A stretch of 64,000 nt of DNA from Dehalococcoidia bacterium (GTDB taxonomy: Bacteria > Chloroflexota > Dehalococcoidia > DSTF01 > WHTK01): contig OZ252017.1 in the NCBI GenBank assembly GCA_965247485.1, forward strand, positions 366,478-430,477, in the 5' to 3' direction. The first letter of the stretch is position 1; each line of letters opens with the position of its first letter. A program made the position numbers and the translations under genes. Of the stretch, positions 1 through 8,548 are shown in pieces. The notes beneath the pieces are model-generated. The model made no database searches. It was not told where the DNA came from and worked only from the letters and a program-made list of their open reading frames with translations.

Positions 1-37
1 CAATAAGATTTAGCAATGGGCTGGCAAAGCGGTTCAT
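1..37 (-). CDS. 5' end of a gene running off the left edge (MNRFASPLLNLI...)
   Basis: Minus-strand AAAGGAGAAGAT followed by ATG at 37, frame open to the window edge. Confidence 0.6.
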   Translation of the reverse strand, partial: MNRFASPLLNLI

Positions 38-207
38 ATCTTCTCCTTTACGAACGAACCAGTCACAGGGCAGGGAATACCCCTGAGTCAAAGGGGATAA
101 TACTCCAGCAGAGCCGCGAAGAAAACGCCCCGCAGCATCTTCAAGCGGAAAACGGCACCATGCTAGAATGCGCTCACTAAATCGAATCGAAACCTTGAGG
201 TGTTGCT

Positions 208-1083
208 CTGCTCCAAGTTCGTAAGGCGGTGATTCTCGCTGCCGGCTACGGCACCCGCTTGCTCCCGCTCACCAAGGCTCAGCCCAAGGAGATGCTGCCT
301 CTTGTCGACCGGCCAATTATTCATTACGCCGTTGAAGAGGCCGTTCTGGCCGGAATTGACCAGATCATTATCGTGACCGCAGTCGGTAAACGCGCCGTTG
401 AAGATTACTTTGACCGCTCGCGTGACATTGAGGACCTTTTGGAGCAAAAAGGCGACCTGGAGCGGCTGGCAGAGGTGAAAGCTGTCTCCCAGATGGCCAA
501 CTTCGCCTACGTTCGCCAGGGCGAAGCCAAAGGCATCGGCGACGCGGTGCTTACCGCGCGGCACCTTGTCGGTGATGAACCGTTCGTTTTGATCCTGCCG
601 GACGACGTTATGATCTGTGATCCTCCGGCCACTAAACAGCTGATCGACACTTTCGAGGAACACCACGGCAGTGTCGTTGCGGTCGAGGAGGTGCCAGAGA
701 CGGAGATTTCCAGCTACGGCATCGTCGATGGCAAGCGAGTTGCAGATCGCGTTATCGCGCTGGAGAGCCTGGTTGAAAAGCCGCCGCTTGGGACAGTTCC
801 AAGCCGTCTTGGCATCGTTGGCCGCTATCTGCTGACCCCAGCCATATTCGAGGCGATCGCGCGGACCGCTCCCGGCGCCGCGGGCGAGATCCAGATCACT
901 GATGCTATGCAAATACTCGCCAACGAGGATGGCATGTATGCGTATCAATTCACTGGCCAACGATTTGACACTGGACGGCCCCTGCTGCTGCTCATTGCCT
1001 CGATTGCCATGGGTCTCAACCGCCCAGACATCGGACCAGCGCTGCGCGAACACCTGCGCGGCCTTGATTTGAACCAAGACTAG
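208..1083 (+). CDS. galU: UTP--glucose-1-phosphate uridylyltransferase
   Basis: VRKAVILAAGYGTRLLPLTKAQPKEMLP and VEKP motifs. The conserved VRKA lies upstream of GTG 229, so the start is probably CTG 208 behind GAGGTG. Confidence 0.9.
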   Translation: MLQVRKAVILAAGYGTRLLPLTKAQPKEMLPLVDRPIIHYAVEEAVLAGIDQIIIVTAVGKRAVEDYFDRSRDIEDLLEQKGDLERLAEVKAVSQMANFAYVRQGEAKGIGDAVLTARHLVGDEPFVLILPDDVMICDPPATKQLIDTFEEHHGSVVAVEEVPETEISSYGIVDGKRVADRVIALESLVEKPPLGTVPSRLGIVGRYLLTPAIFEAIARTAPGAAGEIQITDAMQILANEDGMYAYQFTGQRFDTGRPLLLLIASIAMGLNRPDIGPALREHLRGLDLNQD

Positions 1084-2456
1084 TGCGGATTCTCTCACTC
1101 GGCTATGGGCTGCCGGACAGCCAAATTGACAACCACAATTGGGCTAACGCACCCGCCTTTTTCGATTATGACGCCATGGTCGTGGATCCGGCTCAAGCGG
1201 TTTCGGGGCTGATAACGGAGCTCACACAGACTGGCGAGACCTACGTAACCTACACCGACGAACCCGTCTTGGATGGACCGACGACCGATTCGTCCGTTGG
1301 CCTCGCAGACCTCCTTCGGCAGCGTCGCGGTGAGACCGAGCGCATGCTCGCCAAGGGCGGTCTGATCATCTGCTTCACCTATCCGGACGTTCCGCACCCA
1401 AAGGTGACGGGTTTTACCGGCTGCCACCGCTATTACTGGCTGCCGGCGCCGCTTGACTGCGACTACGGACCTGACTTCGTCCGACCGGCGACAGGCAAGC
1501 ATGTTTCCAGCAGCGATTATGAAAACCCTTTCGCGGACTTCCTCGATCTGATGCGCGACAACGTTTTGTACCGGGCATTTCTGACAGAAGGCGCCGCCGG
1601 TTTTGGTGAGTCTCTGAGGGTGATTGGTCGCAGCCCTGGAGGCGCGGCAATTGCCACCGAGCTTTCGGTCGGCGGCGGCCGAGTAGTCTTTCTGCCGGCG
1701 CTACCACCCAACCTCTCTCACTCGGAACGCAGCAAAGCCGCCGGAAAGTTGGTCAGCGCCGTCCGCAACGCCCTACTCCTGGAGGCAGATGACGAGCCGC
1801 CGGAATGGCTCGCCCATCACCTTCTACCTGAACTCACCGATGCAAAAGAGCGTGCGGATACGGCGGAGACGCGGCTTGACGAAATCGAACTAGAGATGAC
1901 GGAGGCCCGAAACGCCTATCGCGGCATTGACCGCTACCGGCGTTTGCTCTGGCAAGAAGGCAAATTTGGCCTCGATCTGCCAGTGCGTGATGTCCTGGGG
2001 ATGCTTGGCTTTAAAAACATGGCCAAAGTGGATGACCCACCAAGTTTTAATTTTGATGGTGAGAGCGTCTTCGTAGAAATCGAAGGCAGCAGCGGCAGCA
2101 TCGGAATGAACCCGCATTACCGCCTCCGGCAGCGTCTAGAGCAGCGCATCGCTGAGACAGGCAAGCGTACTAGGGGGCTAATCGTCGTCAATGGCCAGCG
2201 TGAGCTAAACCCTTCCGAGCGGTCCGAGGCGATTGACGATTCCCTCCGGGTTGCCGCCGAGAGCATGCGCTACTGCATCGTAGACAGCACCCATCTCTTC
2301 GACGCGTTGCGAGACCATATGGAGGGCAAGGGCGACACCAAGGGGTTCTGCCGCGAACTTCTCGCGACGGAGGGCGTATTCAAGCCGATGGCTCCGGCGG
2401 AGAACCCAAGCTCGGAAGAGACCAACGAACCTGGAGAGGAAACAAATGACAGCTGA
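1083..2456 (+). CDS. Hypothetical protein with central coiled coil and C-terminal restriction-endonuclease-like region
   Basis: 457-aa ORF overlapping the galU stop (TAGTG); ends with D...VEIEG...GLIVVNGQR pattern. Confidence 0.7.
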   Translation: MRILSLGYGLPDSQIDNHNWANAPAFFDYDAMVVDPAQAVSGLITELTQTGETYVTYTDEPVLDGPTTDSSVGLADLLRQRRGETERMLAKGGLIICFTYPDVPHPKVTGFTGCHRYYWLPAPLDCDYGPDFVRPATGKHVSSSDYENPFADFLDLMRDNVLYRAFLTEGAAGFGESLRVIGRSPGGAAIATELSVGGGRVVFLPALPPNLSHSERSKAAGKLVSAVRNALLLEADDEPPEWLAHHLLPELTDAKERADTAETRLDEIELEMTEARNAYRGIDRYRRLLWQEGKFGLDLPVRDVLGMLGFKNMAKVDDPPSFNFDGESVFVEIEGSSGSIGMNPHYRLRQRLEQRIAETGKRTRGLIVVNGQRELNPSERSEAIDDSLRVAAESMRYCIVDSTHLFDALRDHMEGKGDTKGFCRELLATEGVFKPMAPAENPSSEETNEPGEETNDS

Positions 2457-3264
2457 CAGCGGCGAGCCCAAAGCGTCAGATCAGGGCTGGGCGCTAATTC
2501 TCGGCGCCTCCAGCGGCTTCGGCGGCGCTACCGCTGTCGAGTTGGCCCGCAACGGTCTGGATATCTTTGGTGTGCACTTGGACATGCGGTCAACGTTGCC
2601 GAACGCGGAGGCCGTAATAAGCGTAATCGAGAAGGAAGGGCGCCAGGCTGTCTTCTTCAATGTCAACGCCGCGGACGCGGACAAGCGATCCGGCGTGATC
2701 GACGCAATTACTGAAAAAATCCAGGCCACGGACTCACACATCCGTGTTCTCATGCACTCGCTGGCTTTTGGTGCGCTAAAGCCGGTGATAGCCGCTGACC
2801 CCAAGGATTCCTTAAACCAGCGCCAAATGGAGATGACCATAGACGTCATGGCAAATAGTTTGATCTACTGGGCGCAGGATGTTGCGACCCGCGGACTTTT
2901 CCGCCGAGGCAGTCGAATTTTCGCCATGACCAGTTCCGGTTCAACGCGGGTCCTTCGTAGCTACGGAGCAATTTCGGCCGCCAAGACCGCGCTTGAATCG
3001 CATATCCGCCAGCTTGCCTTCGAGCTGGCACCGAGTGGCGTCGCTGCCAACTCTGTTCGCGCTGGCGTAACCGACACGCCCGCTTTGCGACGAATCCCCG
3101 GGTCTCCGGAACTACTGGACCGTGCCGCCAACTTCAACCCGAGCGGACGCGGCACTACCCCGGACGACGTGGCACAGGCTATCTCAGCTCTGATCGACAA
3201 ACGGCTTTACTGGATGACTGGCAACGTTCTTGGCGTCGATGGCGGCGAGGATATTACCAGCTAG
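2446..3264 (+). CDS. SDR oxidoreductase, enoyl-ACP reductase (FabL/FabI-like)
   Basis: GASSGFG Rossmann motif, Y-x6-K (YGAISAAK), GVTDTPAL. Confidence 0.8.
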   Translation: MTADSGEPKASDQGWALILGASSGFGGATAVELARNGLDIFGVHLDMRSTLPNAEAVISVIEKEGRQAVFFNVNAADADKRSGVIDAITEKIQATDSHIRVLMHSLAFGALKPVIAADPKDSLNQRQMEMTIDVMANSLIYWAQDVATRGLFRRGSRIFAMTSSGSTRVLRSYGAISAAKTALESHIRQLAFELAPSGVAANSVRAGVTDTPALRRIPGSPELLDRAANFNPSGRGTTPDDVAQAISALIDKRLYWMTGNVLGVDGGEDITS

Positions 3265-3350
3265 CCACTCGGCCAAAACTAGAAAACAAGCTCCTAGCCC
3301 TGACGCTCCTGGAAGGCGCTTAAGGCCGCGAAGCGTCATACTAATGCCCT

Positions 3351-5255
3351 ATGGGCGCAGCCTGGGCTTACCTGCGATGGTTCGGGGCGTACTGGCTTTC
3401 GCGATCCGGTTTGATGGTAGGACGCTTGCTCCCCGCTCGGCTGCTTTACGGCATCGCCGACCCATTTGCCTTGATCGCCTACTTCCTTCTCGGACGCCAC
3501 CGGCGAAATCTGATCAAGAATTTGCGGCCGGTGGTCGGAGAGCAAGACGCCGCGGCCACTGCCCGGCGCGTCTTTCGCAACTTTGCTCGCTACATTATCG
3601 ATTTCTACCAATTGCCGGCACACGGTAAGCAAGCTTTACGCAGACGTGTTGATTTTCATAATTGGCGCGAGCTGGACCAGGCCCTCGAAGCGGATAGGGG
3701 CACGATTTTTGTCACCCTGCATTTGGGCCAGGCCGAACTTGGCGCCGGCGCCCTATCAGCCTATGGCCACCCGATCAGCGTCATCGCAGAAACGTTTGAC
3801 TACGGCCCGATGAACAGATTCCTCCAGGACCTCAGGCGATCCTTGGGAATGAAAATCATCCCTGCCGGTTCGGCCAAACCTGGTGTACTGCGCTGCCTCA
3901 ACCGCGGTGAGGCGCTCGGCTTGATGTTTGATGCCGTCGAACCAAGCGAAGGAATAACCGTAGATTTCCTCGGCCAGCCGGCTGAATTTTCTGCGACACC
4001 AGCACGTATCGCCGTCCGAACCGGTGCCAAAATCATGCCAGGCGTCGTTTCCCGTCAGGATTCAGACGACACCCGGTTTCTCACCGAAATAGATTTCGAT
4101 CTGGAATTTGAGCCGACCGGCGACGAAAATGCAGATGTTCATTCCTTGACTCAAGCGATTGCCAATTCTTTGGAGCCGATGGTGCGGCAACATCCAGACC
4201 AATGGTTCGCCTTCCACCCGGTTTGGCAGCAGCCATCGGAGCCAAAAGCCACAACCGCGGCCTGGATGCAATGGTCATTGACGCTGGCGACGTGGGCTGG
4301 CGGGGTTCTGCCGCGTAGGGCAGCGTATGCCCTGGCGGGAGTCGCGGGGGATCTGGCGTTTTTGGCTCGCGCATCGGCCCGCGCCAATGTCCAGGACAAC
4401 ATGCGCCACGTCCTCGGCAACTCCGCGTCTGACAGCAAGGTTTCCCGAGCCACGCGAGAGGTTTTCCGCAGCGTTACGCGCTATTACGTCGATCTTGTTC
4501 GACTGCCTCATTCAACCGCCGCGGAGTTGCTAAATCACGAGATCAAGATTCACGGCCTGGAGCAGCTCACCGAGCCAACATCTCGAGGTCAAGGAGTGGT
4601 AGTCGCGGCGGCCCACTACGGCAGCCCCGAAATGGGCGCTCAGGCGGGAGCGCTGCTGGGACTCGACGTGCTAGTGATGGCAGAACCGCTCCAGCCACCA
4701 GCGTTCGCCAAGGCTATGCACCATATGCGCACGGTCCACGGAGCGCGCTACGAAAATGTCAGTTTCAGCGGGATGGCCGGTGCCTTGCGTCACCTGAGAG
4801 CGGGAGGAGTTCTCGCGATGACCTGCGACCGAGATATTCAGAAAACCGGCTCTCCTCTGACCTTCTTCGGCGAAACGGCTCGGATGCCACTCGGCGCCGT
4901 CGAACTCGCCGCTCGCACTGGCGCCGTCCTTGTGCCCGGCTATAGCCACCGTTCTGGCAACAGAATTGATGTCTTCTTCGATCAGCCACTTGAACTGGTA
5001 AACACGGGTCGCCCGAAAGAGGACGCCTTAGTCAACGGCGCGGCGACGCTCGCCCGCATTGAGCCTTGGATCAAAAAGGACCCAGGTCAGTGGATGATCC
5101 TCGAGCGAATCTGGAAACCGATGAGCAAGAATTCCAAGAAAGCAATCGCTGAGTACCCAGATCCGACTCAAATAAACTCGGGATCGGTGGCCAACGCTTC
5201 CGAAGACGGCCTTCACGAGCGCGACCGGCCCGCGTCAACTGCCGTTATACAATGA
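3351..5255 (+). CDS. Tandem two-domain lysophospholipid/PIM acyltransferase (PatA/LpxL family)
   Basis: Two repeats, each with H-x4-E (HLGQAE, HYGSPE), FFG/FLG and PxQW...W termini. Confidence 0.85.
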   Translation: MGAAWAYLRWFGAYWLSRSGLMVGRLLPARLLYGIADPFALIAYFLLGRHRRNLIKNLRPVVGEQDAAATARRVFRNFARYIIDFYQLPAHGKQALRRRVDFHNWRELDQALEADRGTIFVTLHLGQAELGAGALSAYGHPISVIAETFDYGPMNRFLQDLRRSLGMKIIPAGSAKPGVLRCLNRGEALGLMFDAVEPSEGITVDFLGQPAEFSATPARIAVRTGAKIMPGVVSRQDSDDTRFLTEIDFDLEFEPTGDENADVHSLTQAIANSLEPMVRQHPDQWFAFHPVWQQPSEPKATTAAWMQWSLTLATWAGGVLPRRAAYALAGVAGDLAFLARASARANVQDNMRHVLGNSASDSKVSRATREVFRSVTRYYVDLVRLPHSTAAELLNHEIKIHGLEQLTEPTSRGQGVVVAAAHYGSPEMGAQAGALLGLDVLVMAEPLQPPAFAKAMHHMRTVHGARYENVSFSGMAGALRHLRAGGVLAMTCDRDIQKTGSPLTFFGETARMPLGAVELAARTGAVLVPGYSHRSGNRIDVFFDQPLELVNTGRPKEDALVNGAATLARIEPWIKKDPGQWMILERIWKPMSKNSKKAIAEYPDPTQINSGSVANASEDGLHERDRPASTAVIQ

Positions 5256-6016
5256 CCGCTCCTGACATGGGAAAAGCAGACCTCCACATCCACACAAATG
5301 AAGGGGATGGCCTTGATTCCATCGAGGCCATCCTGGAGCATGTCGATGCCAAAACCGACCTCGACCTGATCGCCATCACCGAGCATGACAATCTGGAAGT
5401 CTCCTTGCGCGCTCGCGAACTCTGGGCTCGGCGACACTACGATTTCGATTTCGTGGCTGGATGCGAAGTGACCACCTTGGAAGGTCATCTAATTGCCCTT
5501 TTCCTTGAGAAGCCCGTCCCCAGCCTGCGCCGAGTAGAGGAGACCTTGGAGGCTGTGCACGGCCAGGGCGGCGTCTGCTTTATTCCCCACCCCGCAAACT
5601 GGCTGACTCGCAGCATCGGTCCTGGCACTCTGCAGCGGGTCAAGAACCAGAATCGAGACGACGTTTGGTTCGACGGGATTGAGACTGCGAACGCCGGACC
5701 AGCTTCCCGGATTTACCTCCAAAAGGCCAAGCGGTTGAGCCATGAATACGGCCTCGCCGGGGTTGGGTCATCAGACGCCCATTTCCGGCAAGCGATTGGT
5801 AGCGCCTACACCGAGTTCGGCGGCTCTACCGCCCAGGATTTGAAGCAAGCTTTCGAGCACGGACGAATCCGCGCGAAGCAGCGCGATTACCCGCGCCTCC
5901 GAGATCTCGGCCTCGGCCGCAGTCTGACTCTGCCGATCGCGGGTCTGCGCGCCACACCGCGAGCCCTGGGCTGGCGCCGCACAGCCTGGAGCTTTGTCGG
6001 CAGGTACATCGGGTGA
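5252..6016 (+). CDS. PHP-domain phosphoesterase
   Basis: DLHIHT, ITEHD, PHP and GSSDAH motifs; ATGA overlap with upstream gene. Confidence 0.88.
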   Translation: MTAPDMGKADLHIHTNEGDGLDSIEAILEHVDAKTDLDLIAITEHDNLEVSLRARELWARRHYDFDFVAGCEVTTLEGHLIALFLEKPVPSLRRVEETLEAVHGQGGVCFIPHPANWLTRSIGPGTLQRVKNQNRDDVWFDGIETANAGPASRIYLQKAKRLSHEYGLAGVGSSDAHFRQAIGSAYTEFGGSTAQDLKQAFEHGRIRAKQRDYPRLRDLGLGRSLTLPIAGLRATPRALGWRRTAWSFVGRYIG

Positions 6017-7170
6017 AGATTGCCCTGGTATCGCCTTACGATCTCGCCGTTCCTGGCGGAGTCAACTCGCACATCAACCATCTAGCAGAAAACTTCAAAC
6101 TCCTCGGTCACGAAGTCCGGACGATCTTCCCGTCCTCTGACGTCAGCAATCTAAAACGCGACACAATCGTAATTGGCCGCCCCTCATCGATTCCGGCGGG
6201 GGGGTCCATCGCCCGAATGTCCCTCTCGCCGCGGCTGGCGAGACCGGTCAAGCGGGTTCTGGCAGAAGAAGCCTTCGACGTCGTACATGTCCACGAACCG
6301 CTGGTTTCGTTTATGCCACTTCAGTTTTTGCGTTTCTCCAATGCCGTCAACGTCGGAACCTTCCACGCTGCCCGCGAAAGTGGCGCCCATCTTTACACCT
6401 ACACCCGCAGACTCCTTACGGAGGCCTTTCGCCGGCTAGACGGAAAAATCGCCGTTTCCCAGGCGGCAGCCAGCCTAATCGAGCCGCACTTCCACGGCTA
6501 CTACAACATCATCCCAAACGGGGTAGATACCAAGCACTTTTCCGCTGTCCACGAACCTTTGCCGGACTTGGACGACGGCATGATCAACATCCTTTTTGTC
6601 GGGCGCCCAGAGAAACGCAAGGGACTCAGATATCTGCTGCGCGCCTTTGCCAAGATCAAAGCGGCCCAGCCGAAAACCCGGTTGGTCATCGTTGGCGGCT
6701 ACGACGCCCGTCAGAAGCGCGCTTACGAACGTTGGGTTGGCGAGTCAAACCTCAGTGATGTTGAGTTCATCGGCTTCGCTCCGGATGGCGAACTACCTCG
6801 CTACCATCGCTCAGCCCACATCTTTTGTGCACCCAACACCGGTAACGAAAGCCAAGGGATTATCCTTTTGGAAGCAATGGCTGCCGGATTGCCGGTGGTC
6901 GCTAGCAACCTCGGCGGTTTCGCCGAGGTCATCACCCACGGCGTCGATGGGTTGCTGGTACGACCAAAGGACAGTGATGCATTGACCGATTCACTGATCG
7001 AACTGGTGAAATATCCTGAACTGAGAAGAGAGCTTGGTGCTAAAGGCAAGGAGAGCGCCGAGCACTACAGTTGGGAGCGAGTCTCTCAACGAGTTCTTTC
7101 CTACTATGAGCGTCTCGCCTATGAAAAGAATTCCAGCCCAGACAGCACAATAATGGCTAAGGAGGCGTAG
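6013..7170 (+). CDS. GT4 glycosyltransferase, PimA-like (phosphatidylinositol glycosyltransferase)
   Basis: SPYDLAVPGGVNSHI, HVHEP, KRKG and ESQGIILLEAMAAG match PimA signature segments. Confidence 0.85.
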   Translation: MKIALVSPYDLAVPGGVNSHINHLAENFKLLGHEVRTIFPSSDVSNLKRDTIVIGRPSSIPAGGSIARMSLSPRLARPVKRVLAEEAFDVVHVHEPLVSFMPLQFLRFSNAVNVGTFHAARESGAHLYTYTRRLLTEAFRRLDGKIAVSQAAASLIEPHFHGYYNIIPNGVDTKHFSAVHEPLPDLDDGMINILFVGRPEKRKGLRYLLRAFAKIKAAQPKTRLVIVGGYDARQKRAYERWVGESNLSDVEFIGFAPDGELPRYHRSAHIFCAPNTGNESQGIILLEAMAAGLPVVASNLGGFAEVITHGVDGLLVRPKDSDALTDSLIELVKYPELRRELGAKGKESAEHYSWERVSQRVLSYYERLAYEKNSSPDSTIMAKEA

Positions 7171-7770
7171 GTGTTTTCCTTACCTCGCGCTCTACCCACC
7201 CAGGTGACCAGTCCAGTCGTCGCGGTTCTGGCACGCCTCGGCGTCACGCCAAACCAACTCACGCTGACACAATTTGGCGGAGGATTCATCGCCGCCGGTC
7301 TGATCGGCGCCGGGGAGTTGTTCTGGGGAGGCATCGCCCTGCTAGCCGCCGCCTCGCTGGACGCGTTTGACGGCACCTTGGCGCGCACCACCGGAAAAGT
7401 CACAAAATTTGGCGGCATTCTCGATTCTACGGTTGACCGGCTCTTCGAGGGCGCGGTGCTCGGTGGCGTGCTCTACTATTTCCTGGATTTGGGGGCCAAG
7501 GAAGAGAGCCTTTTAGCTTTCGTGACAATGGTCGGCTCGTTTGGTGTGAGCTACGTTCGGGCCCGCGCCGAGGTAGAAGGAGTCAACATTTACGACGGCT
7601 TCTTCACGCGTGCCGTGCGCATTCTTTTGCTCTCTGCCGGGCTCATGGTGGCGCAGCTCGGAATCGTCCTTTGGATTCTTGCCGTCATGACGCTGATCAC
7701 CACGGCGCAGAGATTGTATGTTGTCCGGCTTCGACTGAGGCCATCCGAAGAAGAGGGCTCGAATCAATGA
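7171..7770 (+). CDS. CDP-alcohol phosphatidyltransferase, phosphatidylinositol-phosphate synthase type
   Basis: DAFDGTLAR-x8-G-x3-D-x3-D motif, TPNQLT, SYVRARAE. Confidence 0.85.
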   Translation: MFSLPRALPTQVTSPVVAVLARLGVTPNQLTLTQFGGGFIAAGLIGAGELFWGGIALLAAASLDAFDGTLARTTGKVTKFGGILDSTVDRLFEGAVLGGVLYYFLDLGAKEESLLAFVTMVGSFGVSYVRARAEVEGVNIYDGFFTRAVRILLLSAGLMVAQLGIVLWILAVMTLITTAQRLYVVRLRLRPSEEEGSNQ

Positions 7771-8540
7771 TTGATCCAATGGACCAAGAGGCTCTGCGCG
7801 CGAAATTTTCCAAGGACCTCACGAGTCGAGTCCGGCTCGACCTATTCACTCAAGAGCCGACCAAGGTGTTCCTACCCGGCCAAGTGGAATGTCCCTTTTG
7901 CGAAGATGCCAAAACCTTGCTCGAGGAGATCGCCTCCCTTAGCGAACGAATCGTCTTGAGCGTGCACGAATTCGGCGACTCAAAAAAACTTGCCGAAGAT
8001 CTCAGAGTCGACCATATTCCCGCCATCGTAATTCGTGGCAAAAACAACCGGCCACTACGGTTCCTTGGTCTGCCAACGGGAGCCCAATTCACTGGCTTTG
8101 TTGAAACGCTGGTCGATGCGTCTCGCGGTGTTGGAAAACTCAGACCAGAAACCACGCGTGAACTCCGCAAGGTGAAAAACGATGTCGACCTCAAGATTCT
8201 CGTAGCCCCGAGTTGCACTCACTCGCCACCCCTGGTCCGCACTGCCTTCAACATTGGGCTGCAAAAAGCCGGGGTCAAGGTGACGGTCATAGAGGCCAGT
8301 GAATTCCCGGACCTAGTCCAACGTTATGTCCTCAGCGCGGTGCCAACAACAGTGATTAATGAAGCCGTGGCAATACGCGGCGCGATGGATAAGGAAACTC
8401 TGATTGAGGTCATCCAGAGGACAGTAGAGGGCAAGCCAATAGAAAACGACGTTAAGACGGGACCATTTACTCCACTGGCAGCGCCAAGAGCGAAATCAGC
8501 GCCCAAACCGCAATCTCACGGCCTGATAATTCCCCGCTAG
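7767..8540 (+). CDS. Two-thioredoxin-fold protein disulfide oxidoreductase (AhpF N-terminal/PDO-like)
   Basis: CPFC and CTHS motifs, AVP cis-Pro motif; ATGA overlap gives the start at 7767. Confidence 0.8.
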   Translation: MIDPMDQEALRAKFSKDLTSRVRLDLFTQEPTKVFLPGQVECPFCEDAKTLLEEIASLSERIVLSVHEFGDSKKLAEDLRVDHIPAIVIRGKNNRPLRFLGLPTGAQFTGFVETLVDASRGVGKLRPETTRELRKVKNDVDLKILVAPSCTHSPPLVRTAFNIGLQKAGVKVTVIEASEFPDLVQRYVLSAVPTTVINEAVAIRGAMDKETLIEVIQRTVEGKPIENDVKTGPFTPLAAPRAKSAPKPQSHGLIIPR

Positions 8541-8548
8541 AAACTCCA

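Noticed and set aside
163-1098. 311-aa minus-strand ORF and similar antisense ORFs over groEL, rny, hppA, ftsH
   Set aside because: Shadow frames of well-supported genes in GC-rich DNA, with no motifs or RBS
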